A program made the translations under genes and the position numbers. A DNA stretch of 64,000 nt from Alistipes sp. (lineage in GTDB: Bacteria; Bacteroidota; Bacteroidia; Bacteroidales; Rikenellaceae). The notes below the pieces were generated by a model. That model had not been told where the DNA came from, did no database searches, and worked only from the letters and a program-made list of their open reading frames with translations. The stretch lies in the NCBI GenBank assembly GCA_045654285.1, contig JAZONC010000019.1, positions 46,602-110,601 of the forward strand, read 5' to 3'. Shown one piece after another: positions 1 to 10,875 of the stretch. How positions within the stretch are numbered: position 1 is the first letter of the stretch; every line of letters starts with the position of its first letter.

Positions 1-141
1 CAAACGCGCAATAGGAGTTGCCTTAGATGCTGTGTTGCCACCACAAGATGTCATCATTGCAGATGAACCAACGAGGCTTGATACGCCCAATACTGCAGAC
101 ATTGACAAGAAGTCCTTTCTGCTAAGTTTGTTGTTGCTCAT
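1..141 (-). CDS. 5' part of an exported protein running off the window edge; Tat-like signal plus lipobox (possibly a Gfo/Idh/MocA oxidoreductase)
   Basis: Manual translation from ATG at 141: MSNNKLSRKDFLSMSAVLGVSSLVGSSAMMTSCGGNTASKATPIARL; SRKDFL motif, hydrophobic stretch, TSC; AT-rich leader. The product guess is inference only. Confidence 0.7.
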   Translation of the reverse strand, partial: MSNNKLSRKDFLSMSAVLGVSSLVGSSAMMTSCGGNTASKATPIARL

Positions 142-204
142 AATTTTAAGTTGTTTTATAGTTATATACCTTTATTATTTAATTGTATTTCGTCTTCACT
201 TCGA

Positions 205-1734
205 TTAGTGTGCATTAACACCCTCGGGAACCTCGCATACTACGCGGAAACCTATACCCTTAATATCAGAGTACCACCAGATACTCTTCGGGTTCTGCGG
301 ATCGGTGTTGAGCCAAGCATCGTGGTTAGTCTTGCCACGGGCCGCGCTACGCAAATTAGCAGCGTCGTCAACATAGTAACCACCGCGAACAACATGCTCT
401 GTACCCGACGCAGGACCCTTAGGATCGACTGCGCCATCCTGCATCTTTGAGTAAGCATCCTCAGCATACCAATCTGAGCAGTACTCCATTACATTACCCA
501 ACATATTCTTCAAGCCGAACGGGTTAGCCTTCATCTTGGTAGGCTCCTGTGTGCGGTTCTTACTGTTGTTCACATAGATAACGTGGCTATTGATAACAGT
601 AGTATCAGCACCGAACATACCGTTCCAGAAGCCCTCGTTGGTGTAATCCTTCGGACTACCCTCGAAGTAGTAAGGAGTCTCGGTACCACCACGAGCTGCA
701 TACTCCCACTCCGCCTCGGTCGGCAGACGATACTTCTTGCCTGTCTTGAGTGAGAGCCACTGGCAGAAGGTCTCAGCCGAGTAGTGTGTCATCGTAATAG
801 CGGGACGCGAGCCCTGACCCCAACCCTGATCGGGGAAGCCGAACGGAGGAGTGGGACCACTCACAGCATCCAAATCCTCGCGTGTGTTGTTTGCATATAT
901 CACATCGGGATGTGTACGACCCTCCGACATTGTCTCGCCATAGAAAGCCCAGAACTGATCCCAAGTAACCTCAACCTCAGCCATAAAGAAGGGCGAGATA
1001 GTTACATTACGCTGAGGAGCCTCGTCGGCCTTATGGAAAGGCTCGTTGTCGGGGCTACCCATCTTGAACGAACCACCTGGGATAGCAATCATATTGATTG
1101 ATGCCGAGGTGCCGGGAATAGTCTCGGTAAAGTTCTCAAACGAGGTTACGGGTGTAGCCTCAGCATAGATATCGCCACTAGTTACGGGAGCACCCGAGAA
1201 GGCCTCGTGCTTGTAATTGGGGTTATAGTGGCCTGCGTCGAGGTGGCAACTAATACACTGCAGATTAAGCTTCTCCTCGTTCTCATCATAATATAGGTGC
1301 GCTGTAACACCCTCGTCGGTAATACCCTGGGGGAAGAGGTTTACGTGGCACGCCTTGCACGACTCGTTGTAAACGATGGTCTGTGCATACTCCAACTCAC
1401 TCTTTACTGACCAATCAACATCCTCGGGATTCTTTGTGATGTAAGACCACACATCCTTAACACCTGTGCCTATCTTCGCCTTCACATACTCGAACGAGCC
1501 CTTGGGTGGGAGGTGGCAGGCGGCACAATCGGTCATAACTCCGCTCTCATTGTTGTAGTGATACGACTGTTTCCAACTTGCATCTGACTCTGGGTGGAAG
1601 TGGCAAGCCATACAAGACTCGTTCTTCGAGCTATTCACCCAAACATAATTAAATGCAATCATCAACGAAAATCCCGCAACGAGACCAGCCAGGCCTACGA
1701 GCAGAAACTTCTTCTTACTTCCTGATTTCGACAT
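205..1734 (-). CDS. NapC/NirT-type tetraheme cytochrome c fused to a SUMF1/FGE-sulfatase-like domain
   Basis: N-terminal TM helix; four CxxCH motifs (CMACH, CAACH, CKACH, CISCH); C-terminal FGE-family motifs IPGGSFKMGS, RLPTEAEWEYAARGG, NPFGLKNMLGNVMEYC, VVRGG, IGFRVV. Confidence 0.88.
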   Translation of the reverse strand: MSKSGSKKKFLLVGLAGLVAGFSLMIAFNYVWVNSSKNESCMACHFHPESDASWKQSYHYNNESGVMTDCAACHLPPKGSFEYVKAKIGTGVKDVWSYITKNPEDVDWSVKSELEYAQTIVYNESCKACHVNLFPQGITDEGVTAHLYYDENEEKLNLQCISCHLDAGHYNPNYKHEAFSGAPVTSGDIYAEATPVTSFENFTETIPGTSASINMIAIPGGSFKMGSPDNEPFHKADEAPQRNVTISPFFMAEVEVTWDQFWAFYGETMSEGRTHPDVIYANNTREDLDAVSGPTPPFGFPDQGWGQGSRPAITMTHYSAETFCQWLSLKTGKKYRLPTEAEWEYAARGGTETPYYFEGSPKDYTNEGFWNGMFGADTTVINSHVIYVNNSKNRTQEPTKMKANPFGLKNMLGNVMEYCSDWYAEDAYSKMQDGAVDPKGPASGTEHVVRGGYYVDDAANLRSAARGKTNHDAWLNTDPQNPKSIWWYSDIKGIGFRVVCEVPEGVNAH

Positions 1735-1855
1735 AGTTATATTTAACTCAACTCAATTATTACAATGCGCCTGTAGCTAATCATCACCACTACACACATC
1801 GCACGCAGAAGGGGTGCGAACTCACACTTTTTGATTAAGGCGGGTATATTTTGTT

Positions 1856-1886
1856 CAAAAGTAATCATTTTTTCGGCAGTTTCAAA
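1856..1886 (-). promoter_or_regulatory. Bacteroidota sigma-A promoter for the cytochrome/FGE gene
   Basis: Minus strand TTTG (1883-1886), N19, TACTTTTG (1856-1863). Confidence 0.6.
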
Positions 1887-2193
1887 CAATAATTTTAATT
1901 TTTTAGAGAAAAAAGGCAATAATTTGAAATTTTACGCTTTTTTCTTACCCCACAACAACATATTTTCATCCAACGCCACACTCACTATGATAGAATAATT
2001 CCAAAATTTCGTTAATACCAATGCAGAATTTCGACTTTTGCACATATCGTGTTTTACAACAAGCATAAGCGGCAAACGCCCCCCCCTGTTACCTCGCAAC
2101 ACGAACGAAAAATATTAAAACTATTTTGCCCGAACAAGCATATTTTTTACAAAAAATTACTATTTTTGTAGGAATTGTAACCGTACAAAATTT

Positions 2194-2922
2194 ATGGAGA
2201 AGAATAAGTGCGTAGTAGATCTTCGAGGAGTCTCAATATACCATACCGACGGCTCGACAAAGCGCCCAAAATCGGACGACGAGTTAGTGCTTTCGGATGT
2301 AAATTTACGGGTTTCAGAAGGCGAGATGGTCTATTTCATCGGACGCGTAGGAAGCGGAAAAAGCACTCTACTAAAGACGCTATATGCCGAAGTGCAACTG
2401 TTTGAGGGTGAGGGGCGTGTAGTTGGTGTTGATCTGCGCCGTCTAAAGCGCAAAGAGATCCCCTACCTGCGCCGCAAAATGGGCATCGTATTTCAGGATT
2501 ATCAACTACTCGACGACCGCAATGTATTCTACAACCTTTACGATGTAATGCGCGCTACGGGCTGGAGCAACGACACCGATATTCGTCGTCGCATTTCAGA
2601 AGTTTTAGGCGTTGTAGGGCTCGAAACTAAGTCCTACAAAATGCCACACGAGCTATCGGGTGGTGAGCAACAACGCTTAGTCATCGCTCGCGCTCTGATA
2701 AATTCGCCACGCCTACTACTGGCAGACGAGCCCACGGGCAACCTTGACCCCGTGACGGCCGACGGTATTATGCGCCTCTTCTGCGAGATTGCCTCTCGAG
2801 GCACGGCCATTGTGATGACCACTCACAACACGGCACTTATAGAGCAATATCCCGCTCGCACGATTATGTTTTCGAAGGGACGGATCGCAGAGATAGACCT
2901 TGAGAAGAGTTTTTCGCAATAA
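2194..2922 (+). CDS. ftsE: FtsE-like cell-division ABC ATP-binding protein
   Basis: Walker [44 protein letters not shown]. Confidence 0.8.
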   Translation: MEKNKCVVDLRGVSIYHTDGSTKRPKSDDELVLSDVNLRVSEGEMVYFIGRVGSGKSTLLKTLYAEVQLFEGEGRVVGVDLRRLKRKEIPYLRRKMGIVFQDYQLLDDRNVFYNLYDVMRATGWSNDTDIRRRISEVLGVVGLETKSYKMPHELSGGEQQRLVIARALINSPRLLLADEPTGNLDPVTADGIMRLFCEIASRGTAIVMTTHNTALIEQYPARTIMFSKGRIAEIDLEKSFSQ

Positions 2923-3015
2923 TCTACCGAATCTACGATTCGTTATTTGGAAAAGTCGATTAAAAAGTCTATTTTTGTACGATTTAAGAATCGGAATAGA
3001 ATTTAAGCATAAATA

Positions 3016-4974
3016 ATGAGTACTGAACAGGAAATTGTAAAGCACGAAGAGGAGTATTCGGCGTCGAATATCCAAGTGCTGGAGGGTTTGGAGGCTGTGC
3101 GTAAACGCCCCGCTATGTATATTGGCGACATCGGCGAGAAGGGTCTGCACCACCTTGTATATGAGGTTGTGGACAACTCTATCGACGAGGCGTTGGCTGG
3201 CTACTGTACCCATATTGATGTTACGATAAACGAGAACAACTCTATCACCGTTCGCGATAACGGCCGAGGCATTCCCACCGACTACCACGAGAAAGAGGGT
3301 AAGTCGGCATTGGAGGTTGTACTCACCGTGTTGCACGCTGGAGGTAAGTTCGACAAGGGTAGCTACAAGGTATCTGGTGGTCTGCACGGTGTAGGTGTAT
3401 CGTGTGTGAATGCGCTCTCAACACAGCTCATCGCCGAGGTACATCGTGGTGGTAAGATCTATCGTCAGACCTATAGCAAGGGTGTTCCCACATCGCAGAT
3501 GGAGATTATTGGCGATACGGAAGATCGTGGTACCATCATCACATTCCTGCCCGATAACTCGATCTTTACACTCACCACCGAGTATAAGTACGACACGCTG
3601 GCCAACCGTCTGCGCGAGCTCGCGTTCCTTAACAAGGGCATCCACCTTTCTCTCACCGACCTGCGTCAGAAGGACGAGGAGGGCAACCCCTTGCGTGAGC
3701 AGTTCTACTCGAAGGATGGCTTGCAGGAGTTCGTTAAGTACCTCGACGCTACACGCGGAGAGGCTCTCACCGAGGAGGTTATCTACATCGATACCGAGTA
3801 CAATGGAGTTCCCGTTGAGGTAGCTATGCAGTACAACAACTCGTTCTCGGAGAATGTACATTCCTATGTAAATAATATCAACACCATCGAGGGTGGTACC
3901 CACCTGACGGGTTTCCGTATGGCTCTTACTCGTACCTTGAAGCGCTACGCCGAGGAGTCGGGTATGTTGGCAAAACTTAAGTTTGAGATCAACGGCGAGG
4001 ACTTCCGCGAGGGTCTCACAGCCGTAGTATCGGTTAAGGTTGCTGAGCCTCAGTTCGAGGGTCAGACCAAGACCAAGTTGGGTAATAGCGAGATTTCGGC
4101 CGCAGTTAATGGTGCCGTTGCATCGGCTATGGCTCTCTATCTGGAGGAGCACCCCCGCGATGCTAAGGCTATCGTACAGAAGGTTATCCTGGCCGCTACT
4201 GCTCGCCACGCCGCACACAACGCTCGTGCCGCTGTACAGCGCAAGACGGTGTTGTCGGGTGCTGGCCTGCCGGGTAAGTTGGCCGACTGTTCAAGCCGCG
4301 ACCGCTCGATTGCGGAGATCTTCTTCGTCGAGGGAGACTCTGCGGGTGGTACTGCCAAGCAGGGCCGCGACCGTAACTTCCAGGCTATTATGCCTCTGCG
4401 TGGTAAGATCTTGAACATCGAGAAGGCGCAGGAGCACCGTATGTGGGAGAACGAGGAGATTAAGAATATGTTTATCGCCCTGGGCGTGTCGATCGGCACC
4501 GAGGAGGATAGCAAGGCTCTTAATCTTGAGAAATTGCGTTACGACAAGATTATCATTATGACCGATGCCGATGTCGATGGTGCGCACATCGCTACACTTA
4601 TGCTCACATTCTTCTTCCGCAAGATGAAAGAGCTTATCGAGAATGGCCACATATATATCGCCACACCGCCCCTCTACCTCGTTAAGAAGGGTAACCACGA
4701 GCGTTACTGCTGGACCGACGCCGAGCGTGATGCCATCATTGAAGAGATGGGCACAAAGGGTGTTCACATCCAGCGATACAAAGGTCTTGGTGAGATGAAC
4801 GCACAGCAGTTGTGGGATACTACGATGAATCCCGAGACTCGCATCTTGCGTCAGGTGAATATCGAGAATGCTGCCGAGGCTGATCGTATATTCTCAATGC
4901 TGATGGGCGACGATGTACCGCCCCGTCGAGAGTTTATCGAGAAGAATGCTCACTACGCAAATATCGACGCGTAA
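3016..4974 (+). CDS. gyrB: DNA gyrase subunit B
   Basis: LEAVRKRPAMYIG, EVVDNSIDE, GGLHGVGVS, EGDSAGG, PLRGKILN, MTDADVDG, QRYKGLGEM. Confidence 0.97.
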   Translation: MSTEQEIVKHEEEYSASNIQVLEGLEAVRKRPAMYIGDIGEKGLHHLVYEVVDNSIDEALAGYCTHIDVTINENNSITVRDNGRGIPTDYHEKEGKSALEVVLTVLHAGGKFDKGSYKVSGGLHGVGVSCVNALSTQLIAEVHRGGKIYRQTYSKGVPTSQMEIIGDTEDRGTIITFLPDNSIFTLTTEYKYDTLANRLRELAFLNKGIHLSLTDLRQKDEEGNPLREQFYSKDGLQEFVKYLDATRGEALTEEVIYIDTEYNGVPVEVAMQYNNSFSENVHSYVNNINTIEGGTHLTGFRMALTRTLKRYAEESGMLAKLKFEINGEDFREGLTAVVSVKVAEPQFEGQTKTKLGNSEISAAVNGAVASAMALYLEEHPRDAKAIVQKVILAATARHAAHNARAAVQRKTVLSGAGLPGKLADCSSRDRSIAEIFFVEGDSAGGTAKQGRDRNFQAIMPLRGKILNIEKAQEHRMWENEEIKNMFIALGVSIGTEEDSKALNLEKLRYDKIIIMTDADVDGAHIATLMLTFFFRKMKELIENGHIYIATPPLYLVKKGNHERYCWTDAERDAIIEEMGTKGVHIQRYKGLGEMNAQQLWDTTMNPETRILRQVNIENAAEADRIFSMLMGDDVPPRREFIEKNAHYANIDA

Positions 4975-4994
4975 AGCGTTCACAATAGAACAAC

Positions 4995-5027
4995 AAAGGC
5001 CGCCAACATTGATGTTAGCGGCCTTTT
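4995..5027. terminator. Bidirectional intrinsic terminator between gyrB and mutS
   Basis: AAAGGCCGCCAACAT-TG-ATGTTAGCGGCCTTTT hairpin between convergent genes. Confidence 0.75.
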
Positions 5028-5067
5028 CTATATCTAATTACTTAAGAATTGTAGAACAAAAGAGCTA

Positions 5068-7728
5068 TTACAACCCTGTAATCTTCTTTATCTCATTGAG
5101 TTTATTTAGCGCCTCGATGGGTGTGAGCGAATTTATATCCAAGCCCTTGATCTGGTCGCGTATCTGCACCAGCACAGGATCATCAAGTTGGAACATCGAA
5201 AGTTGCATATTACCCTTCTCGGCTACCTCTGCCACCTGCTTTGCCGAGGGCTGACGGCGCTTGCGCTGACGCACTGCCGTGCCTGCAGCGACATCCTGCT
5301 CGCCATAAGCTGTCTCGAGTGATGAGAGTATCTCCTCGGCTCGACGCACAATCGTTGTTGGCATACCAGCCATACGCGCCACGTGAATACCGAATGAGTG
5401 CTCTGTACCGCCACGCTGCAGTTTACGCATAAATACTATAGTGTTATCGACCTCACGCACCGACACGTGGTAATTTTTCACACGCTCGAAGAGGTGTTCC
5501 ATCTCGTTAAGTTCGTGGTAGTGCGTAGCGAAGAGCGTCTTTGCTCGGCCTGCTGGGTGGTTGTGGATATACTCTACCATAGCCCACGCAATAGATATTC
5601 CATCGTAGGTGCTTGTACCTCGGCCAATCTCATCCAGCAGGATAAGACTGCGGCCAGAGAGGTTATTCAGGATACTTGCCGACTCCAACATCTCGACCAT
5701 AAAAGTTGACTCGCCCTGCGAGATATTATCCGACGCACCTACGCGTGTAAATATCTTATCCACAAGGCCAATATGAGCCTTCTCTGCCGGCACGAACGAG
5801 CCCATCTGCGCCATAAGGATGATGAGCGCCGTCTGACGCAACAGTGCCGACTTACCCGACATATTGGGACCCGTGATCATCATTATCTGCTGGTCGCGGT
5901 CGTTGAGCAACACGTCGTTAGGGATATACTCCTCGCCTACGCCCATCAGTCGTTCGATGACGGGGTGGCGTCCCTGGCGGATGTCGATCACCGTGCCATC
6001 GTCGAGCGTAGGACGCACATAGCGACACTCGGCGGCCATCGAGGCGAACGACTGCAGGCAGTCCAGACGTGCCACCACCGCGGCATCACGCAAGATACTC
6101 TTTAGGTAGGATGCCGCACGCTGAACAAGGGCATTGTATATCTCTAACTCGATGGCAAGGATACGATCCTGCGCACCAAGAATCTTCTCCTCATACTCCT
6201 TCAACTCCTCAGTTATGTAACGCTCGGCGGCGGTAAGCGTCTGCTTACGAATCCACGACTCGGGCACCTTATCTTTATGAGTGTTACGCACCTCGATATA
6301 GTAACCAAAGACATTGTTATAACTAATCTTGAGCGATGGAATACCCGTAGCCTCGCTCTCGCGCTGGAGAATCTGATTCAACACATCCTTTCCGTGCAGA
6401 GCCACACGACGCAGATCGTCCAACTCTGCCGACACACCATCGGCGATAACGCCTCCCTTCTGAATCTGGTTATTGGCAGGATCAGGATAGATGGTAGTAG
6501 CAAGCAGGTCGCGCAACTGTGTTAGAGGGTCAATCTCATCGGCGATGGCGTTCAGAGGCTCCGAGTCGGTAGAATCGAGCAGAGCCTTAAGGGTTTCTAT
6601 GGCCGTGAGCGAAGACTTGAGTTGCACCAACTCGCGGGGCAGAATACGCGCCGCTGCAATACGAGATGAAAGGCGCTCCAAATCACCTATCGATGCAATC
6701 TGCTCACGCAAGGCATCGGCCAAATCGCTATCGTTCATAATGCCTTGCACCACATCCTGACGACGCTCGATGCGAGCCTTATCACGCAGAGGCATAGCCA
6801 CCCAACGACGCAGCAGACGGCCACCCATCGAAGTGAGTGTGCGGTCGATGACCTCGGTAAAGCTTGTTTTAGCACCTCCGCCCGAATTAAACAACTCAAG
6901 GTTACGGATGGTGAATTTATCAATCCACACTGCATCATCGCTATCGATGCGCGAGATGGATGCTATGTGAGCCGTGTCGCGATGCTCGGTAAACTCCAGA
7001 TAGTACAACACTGCACCTGCGGCAGCAATGGCGTCGTTCATACCCTCAACGCCAAAGCCCTTGAGCGAGGGTGTTGAGAACTGCTTACACAAACGGTCGT
7101 AACCCACCTCCGAAGAGAAGACCCAATCCTCGAGGCGGTAGGTGTAGAAACGCGAGCCGAATAACGACTGAAAACGATCGGCAGAGCCACGCGCGTAAAG
7201 TACCTCCTTGGGAGCGAAAGATGCCATTAATTTATCGATGTAGCGGTCGTCGCCCTGAGCGACATAGAACTCGCCAGTAGATATATCGAGAAATGCCACA
7301 GCCGTAGATTTGGCACCAAAGCACACGGCCGCAAGGAATGAGTTCTCCTTGGCTGGCAGGATGTTATCTCCCATCACAACGCCTGGGGTAACCAACTCGA
7401 TAACACCGCGTTTAACAAGGCCCTTGACCAACTTCGGATCCTCCAATTGCTCACATATAGCCACTCGCTCGCCTGCGCGAACAAGTTTAGGCAAATATAC
7501 ATCTACAGCGTGATGAGGGAAACCCGCCAACTCGACCGACGAGGCCGAGCCATTGGCACGACGAGTGAGGGTGATGCCAAGAATCGACGAGGCTTTGATA
7601 GCGTCGTCGCCAAAAGTTTCGTAGAAGTCGCCCACACGAAACAGCAGTATAGCATCGGGGTGTACGGCCTTGATTTGATAGTATTGTTTCATCAAGGGTG
7701 TCTCCACATATTTCTTTTCGACGGCCAT
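5068..7728 (-). CDS. mutS: DNA mismatch repair protein MutS
   Basis: [52 protein letters not shown]. Confidence 0.97.
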   Translation of the reverse strand: MAVEKKYVETPLMKQYYQIKAVHPDAILLFRVGDFYETFGDDAIKASSILGITLTRRANGSASSVELAGFPHHAVDVYLPKLVRAGERVAICEQLEDPKLVKGLVKRGVIELVTPGVVMGDNILPAKENSFLAAVCFGAKSTAVAFLDISTGEFYVAQGDDRYIDKLMASFAPKEVLYARGSADRFQSLFGSRFYTYRLEDWVFSSEVGYDRLCKQFSTPSLKGFGVEGMNDAIAAAGAVLYYLEFTEHRDTAHIASISRIDSDDAVWIDKFTIRNLELFNSGGGAKTSFTEVIDRTLTSMGGRLLRRWVAMPLRDKARIERRQDVVQGIMNDSDLADALREQIASIGDLERLSSRIAAARILPRELVQLKSSLTAIETLKALLDSTDSEPLNAIADEIDPLTQLRDLLATTIYPDPANNQIQKGGVIADGVSAELDDLRRVALHGKDVLNQILQRESEATGIPSLKISYNNVFGYYIEVRNTHKDKVPESWIRKQTLTAAERYITEELKEYEEKILGAQDRILAIELEIYNALVQRAASYLKSILRDAAVVARLDCLQSFASMAAECRYVRPTLDDGTVIDIRQGRHPVIERLMGVGEEYIPNDVLLNDRDQQIMMITGPNMSGKSALLRQTALIILMAQMGSFVPAEKAHIGLVDKIFTRVGASDNISQGESTFMVEMLESASILNNLSGRSLILLDEIGRGTSTYDGISIAWAMVEYIHNHPAGRAKTLFATHYHELNEMEHLFERVKNYHVSVREVDNTIVFMRKLQRGGTEHSFGIHVARMAGMPTTIVRRAEEILSSLETAYGEQDVAAGTAVRQRKRRQPSAKQVAEVAEKGNMQLSMFQLDDPVLVQIRDQIKGLDINSLTPIEALNKLNEIKKITGL

Positions 7729-7842
7729 AGGTCAATAGTTCAAAATTACACGATGTTAATATGCAAAGATAGAAAATAAACCCGTCAATACAAAATTTGT
7801 GCGGCGACATTTACGAGTAGAGACACAGAGCAACAACTCTCC

Positions 7843-9258
7843 CTACTCGAAAAATCTCTCATCGAAATTGACCAAATAGAGCCGCTCCGTTGCGCGGGTA
7901 AAAGCCGTATAGAGCCAGCGTAACATATCGCCCGTCATAGGCTCATCGCCGAAGAGTGCCCTATCGACAAAGACCGCCTTCCATTGACCACCCTGCGCCT
8001 TATGACACGTAACGGCATAGGCAAACTTAACCTGCACGGCATTAAAATGTGGATTATCGCGAATCTCCTTGAGGCGCTTAAGGCGACTCTTTATATCGAG
8101 ATAATCCTGCTCTACCTCCGTAAACAGGCGCTGGCTCTCCTCGCGCGTGAGCGAGGGCGACTCCGAGGTGATTGTATCAAGCAAAATCTTACATCCAATC
8201 TCATAGTCGTTATAGTCGGGAAACGAAAGCACCGCATCGGCAAAATGGAACCCATAGAAATCCTCAAAACGGCGAATCTTGCGCAACTGCGCCACATCAC
8301 CATTGGCCACAAAACTCATTGGGCACTCCTGCTCACGCTCAGTGAAATAGTAGTTATTCTTCACCACCATCAGTCTGTCGCCACTCTCGATAGCCTCCTC
8401 AGCCGAGAGGTTGTAACGACGCACGCCCTCGTTGTAGCGGTTGGCTCGACGATTTGAGCGGGTGATGATAATGGTCTCCTCGCTACCGTATTTGTCGTAG
8501 CACTCCTGCACCTTCTCCATCACCTCACCACCCGTGATAGACTCCACATCGGGGAAGTTCATATCAAGGTGCGGTATCTCCCATATACCGTTCTCGAGCA
8601 TACAGCGCAACATAGTGGCATTAAACAAGATACCCGACTCAGCCTGCTGGCGGACCACATCGTCCATCGAGGCATACACCACCTCGCCGTAGCCTCGCAT
8701 AACGGTCTCGTCGAGAGCAGGACTATAAGGAGAGCCTACGGGTGGTAGCTGGGCATTATCGCCCACCAAAACCAGACGGCAATCGCGACCCGAACGCACA
8801 TAGCGCACCAAATCGTCAAGCAACGAGCCACTGCCGAAAATCTGCCCATCGGATGTAGAGTCGGAGAGCATCGAGGCCTCATCAACGATAAAGACTGCTC
8901 CGCGCTCCTTATTGATGTTGAGCGTGAAGTGAGACTCATAGTCTGCCGTGGTGCGTTCACGATAAATTCGCTTGTGGATGGTAAGTGCTGGTCGATGGCA
9001 ATAACGCGAGAGCACCTTTGCCGCACGACCCGTCGGAGCGAGCAAAACGGTAGGCACTTGCATCTGCTCCAACACATCGACAACGGCCGCTACCAAGGTG
9101 GTCTTTCCGGTGCCCGCATAGCCGTTCAGAACGAAAATTTGCTCATTTTTTGGCGCAGAAAGGTAGTCGGATAACATTTCTACAACTTTTTTCTGACTAA
9201 AAGTTGTTTCGAACGAGATTTTTTCGTAAATTTGGCCTGCGATATAAGTGTTAAGCAT
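7843..9258 (-). CDS. RecD-like ATP-dependent helicase/exonuclease V alpha family protein
   Basis: GYAGTGKTT, LAPTGRAAK, IVDEASML, VGDNAQLPPV, AYAVTCHKAQG, LYTAFTRA. Confidence 0.88.
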   Translation of the reverse strand: MLNTYIAGQIYEKISFETTFSQKKVVEMLSDYLSAPKNEQIFVLNGYAGTGKTTLVAAVVDVLEQMQVPTVLLAPTGRAAKVLSRYCHRPALTIHKRIYRERTTADYESHFTLNINKERGAVFIVDEASMLSDSTSDGQIFGSGSLLDDLVRYVRSGRDCRLVLVGDNAQLPPVGSPYSPALDETVMRGYGEVVYASMDDVVRQQAESGILFNATMLRCMLENGIWEIPHLDMNFPDVESITGGEVMEKVQECYDKYGSEETIIITRSNRRANRYNEGVRRYNLSAEEAIESGDRLMVVKNNYYFTEREQECPMSFVANGDVAQLRKIRRFEDFYGFHFADAVLSFPDYNDYEIGCKILLDTITSESPSLTREESQRLFTEVEQDYLDIKSRLKRLKEIRDNPHFNAVQVKFAYAVTCHKAQGGQWKAVFVDRALFGDEPMTGDMLRWLYTAFTRATERLYLVNFDERFFE

Positions 9259-9319
9259 TTGGGTCGTCGATTTTAATCGTGAATATTTGAATACAAACTT
9301 AATAACAAATAACTAAAAA

Positions 9320-9952
9320 ATGAAAAAGGGAATACAATTTATTCTTGGTCTGGCAATCATCGGATTGGTTTATGTGGTTGCTAATCTTATCTACACTCCC
9401 ATCAGCTTCGAGCAGCAGTTGGAGGAGCGTAATGCTGAGGTAATCGTTAAGTTGAAGGACATCCGTGCTGCACAGCGTGCTTACAAGAGCAAGTACCAGC
9501 AGTTCACCGGCGACTTCGATTCACTCATTAACTTTATCTTGAACGACTCGCTCACAATGGAGCGTAAGTTGGTTGACGAGGATGACTCAGTTGCTATGGC
9601 ACAGCTTAAGAAGCAGGGTAAGAAGAATGTAGAGCAGTACAACATCGCTGTTGTTGATACTATCTTCAACCCCCGCAAGCTCACTAAGGAGGATATCCAG
9701 AATTTGCGTTACATCCCCCACACTGACAACAAGGTTGAGTTCCTCCTCGAGGCTGATTTCGTTACAACTGGTAATGTTAAGGTTCCCGTTGTAGAGTGCC
9801 GTGCACCCTACAAGTTGTACCTCGACACTATTGCTTACCGTCAGAACGTTATTAACCTTATCGACGACCGCGAGAACAACTTCAACGCTTATGGTGGTTT
9901 GAAGTTCGGTTCAATGGAGGGTTCTAACAACGAGGCTGGTAACTGGGAGTAA
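9320..9952 (+). CDS. Conserved Bacteroidota hypothetical protein with N-terminal membrane anchor
   Basis: 210 aa ORF, biased codon usage, N-terminal TM, C-terminal GLKFGSM...AGNWE. Confidence 0.8.
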   Translation: MKKGIQFILGLAIIGLVYVVANLIYTPISFEQQLEERNAEVIVKLKDIRAAQRAYKSKYQQFTGDFDSLINFILNDSLTMERKLVDEDDSVAMAQLKKQGKKNVEQYNIAVVDTIFNPRKLTKEDIQNLRYIPHTDNKVEFLLEADFVTTGNVKVPVVECRAPYKLYLDTIAYRQNVINLIDDRENNFNAYGGLKFGSMEGSNNEAGNWE

Positions 9953-9971
9953 TCCTTTGCCGAGAGAACAT

Positions 9972-10005
9972 AAGAGTCCGTCCCCAAAGAGGGCGGGCTC
10001 TTTTT
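9972..10005 (+). terminator. Intrinsic terminator
   Basis: AAGAGTCCGTCC...GGGCGGGCTCTTTTT. Confidence 0.7.
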
Positions 10006-10071
10006 ATACCTATATTTATATATACAGAGGGACGGGGTCTGCCCACCACCAATAATAGCTATATATAGACA

Positions 10072-10605
10072 ATGAGAATCATCAGTGGCCGATGCGGAGG
10101 CCGTAATATCACACCGCCAAAAAACCTACGCGCACGCCCTACGACCGACTTTGCTAAGGAGAATCTTTTCAATGTGCTGGGCAATCGCCTCGACTTCGAG
10201 GAGCTGGAAGTACTCGACCTCTTTTCAGGCACAGGCTCTATAAGCTACGAATTCGCTTCGCGCGGTGCGTCGTCGGTAACCTCGGTGGAGATTAACGCCG
10301 TGCATTACAACTTCATACGACAGACGGCACGCGAATTTGGTTTCAGCGCGCTCCACCCCGTCAAGGCCAATGTATTCTTATACCTGAAGAGTTGCGCAAA
10401 GCAGTACGATGTGATATTCTCTGATGCTCCCTACGATCTCGAGGGTAGCGAGCAGGTTATCGACCTTGTATTTGAGCGCGACCTACTGCGCGAGGGTGGC
10501 ATCCTAATTTTCGAGCACTCGAAGGGCAAGGATTTCTCCTCTCATCCGCGATTCTCGGCGTTACGCAGCTATGGTAGCGTGCAGTTCTCGATATTTGAGA
10601 AATAA
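10072..10605 (+). CDS. rsmD: 16S rRNA m2G966 methyltransferase RsmD
   Basis: MRIISG, RPTTDFAKENLFN, LDLFSGTGSISYE, DAPY, YGSVQFS. Confidence 0.92.
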   Translation: MRIISGRCGGRNITPPKNLRARPTTDFAKENLFNVLGNRLDFEELEVLDLFSGTGSISYEFASRGASSVTSVEINAVHYNFIRQTAREFGFSALHPVKANVFLYLKSCAKQYDVIFSDAPYDLEGSEQVIDLVFERDLLREGGILIFEHSKGKDFSSHPRFSALRSYGSVQFSIFEK

Positions 10606-10826
10606 ATTTAGCGAGCCAACCTATTTTGGGGGCTCGCTTTTCTTTTATCCAATCACCATTATGCCACTACAGATAACGCATATATGCAATTAAAACCTGT
10701 ATTCTAAAAGTAGTTGCGTCATATCTTACACCCCAACAAAGTCTCAACAAACATTATTACGACCCCAGCAAACGGCGGTTTCTCTACACAAATTTCACCA
10801 TCAATGCACTTTTTTTCTGAAAATTA

Positions 10827-10857
10827 TTTGCAGATTACAATTTTTATACTACCTTTG
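10827..10857 (+). promoter_or_regulatory. Promoter of tRNA-Asp
   Basis: TTTG (10827-10830), N19, TACCTTTG (10850-10857). Confidence 0.75.
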
Positions 10858-10875
10858 CACTCGCAATCAGCAACT

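Noticed and set aside
2194-2922. ftsE without adjacent ftsX
   Set aside because: Unlinked ftsE and ftsX is common in Bacteroidota and not evidence of decay.
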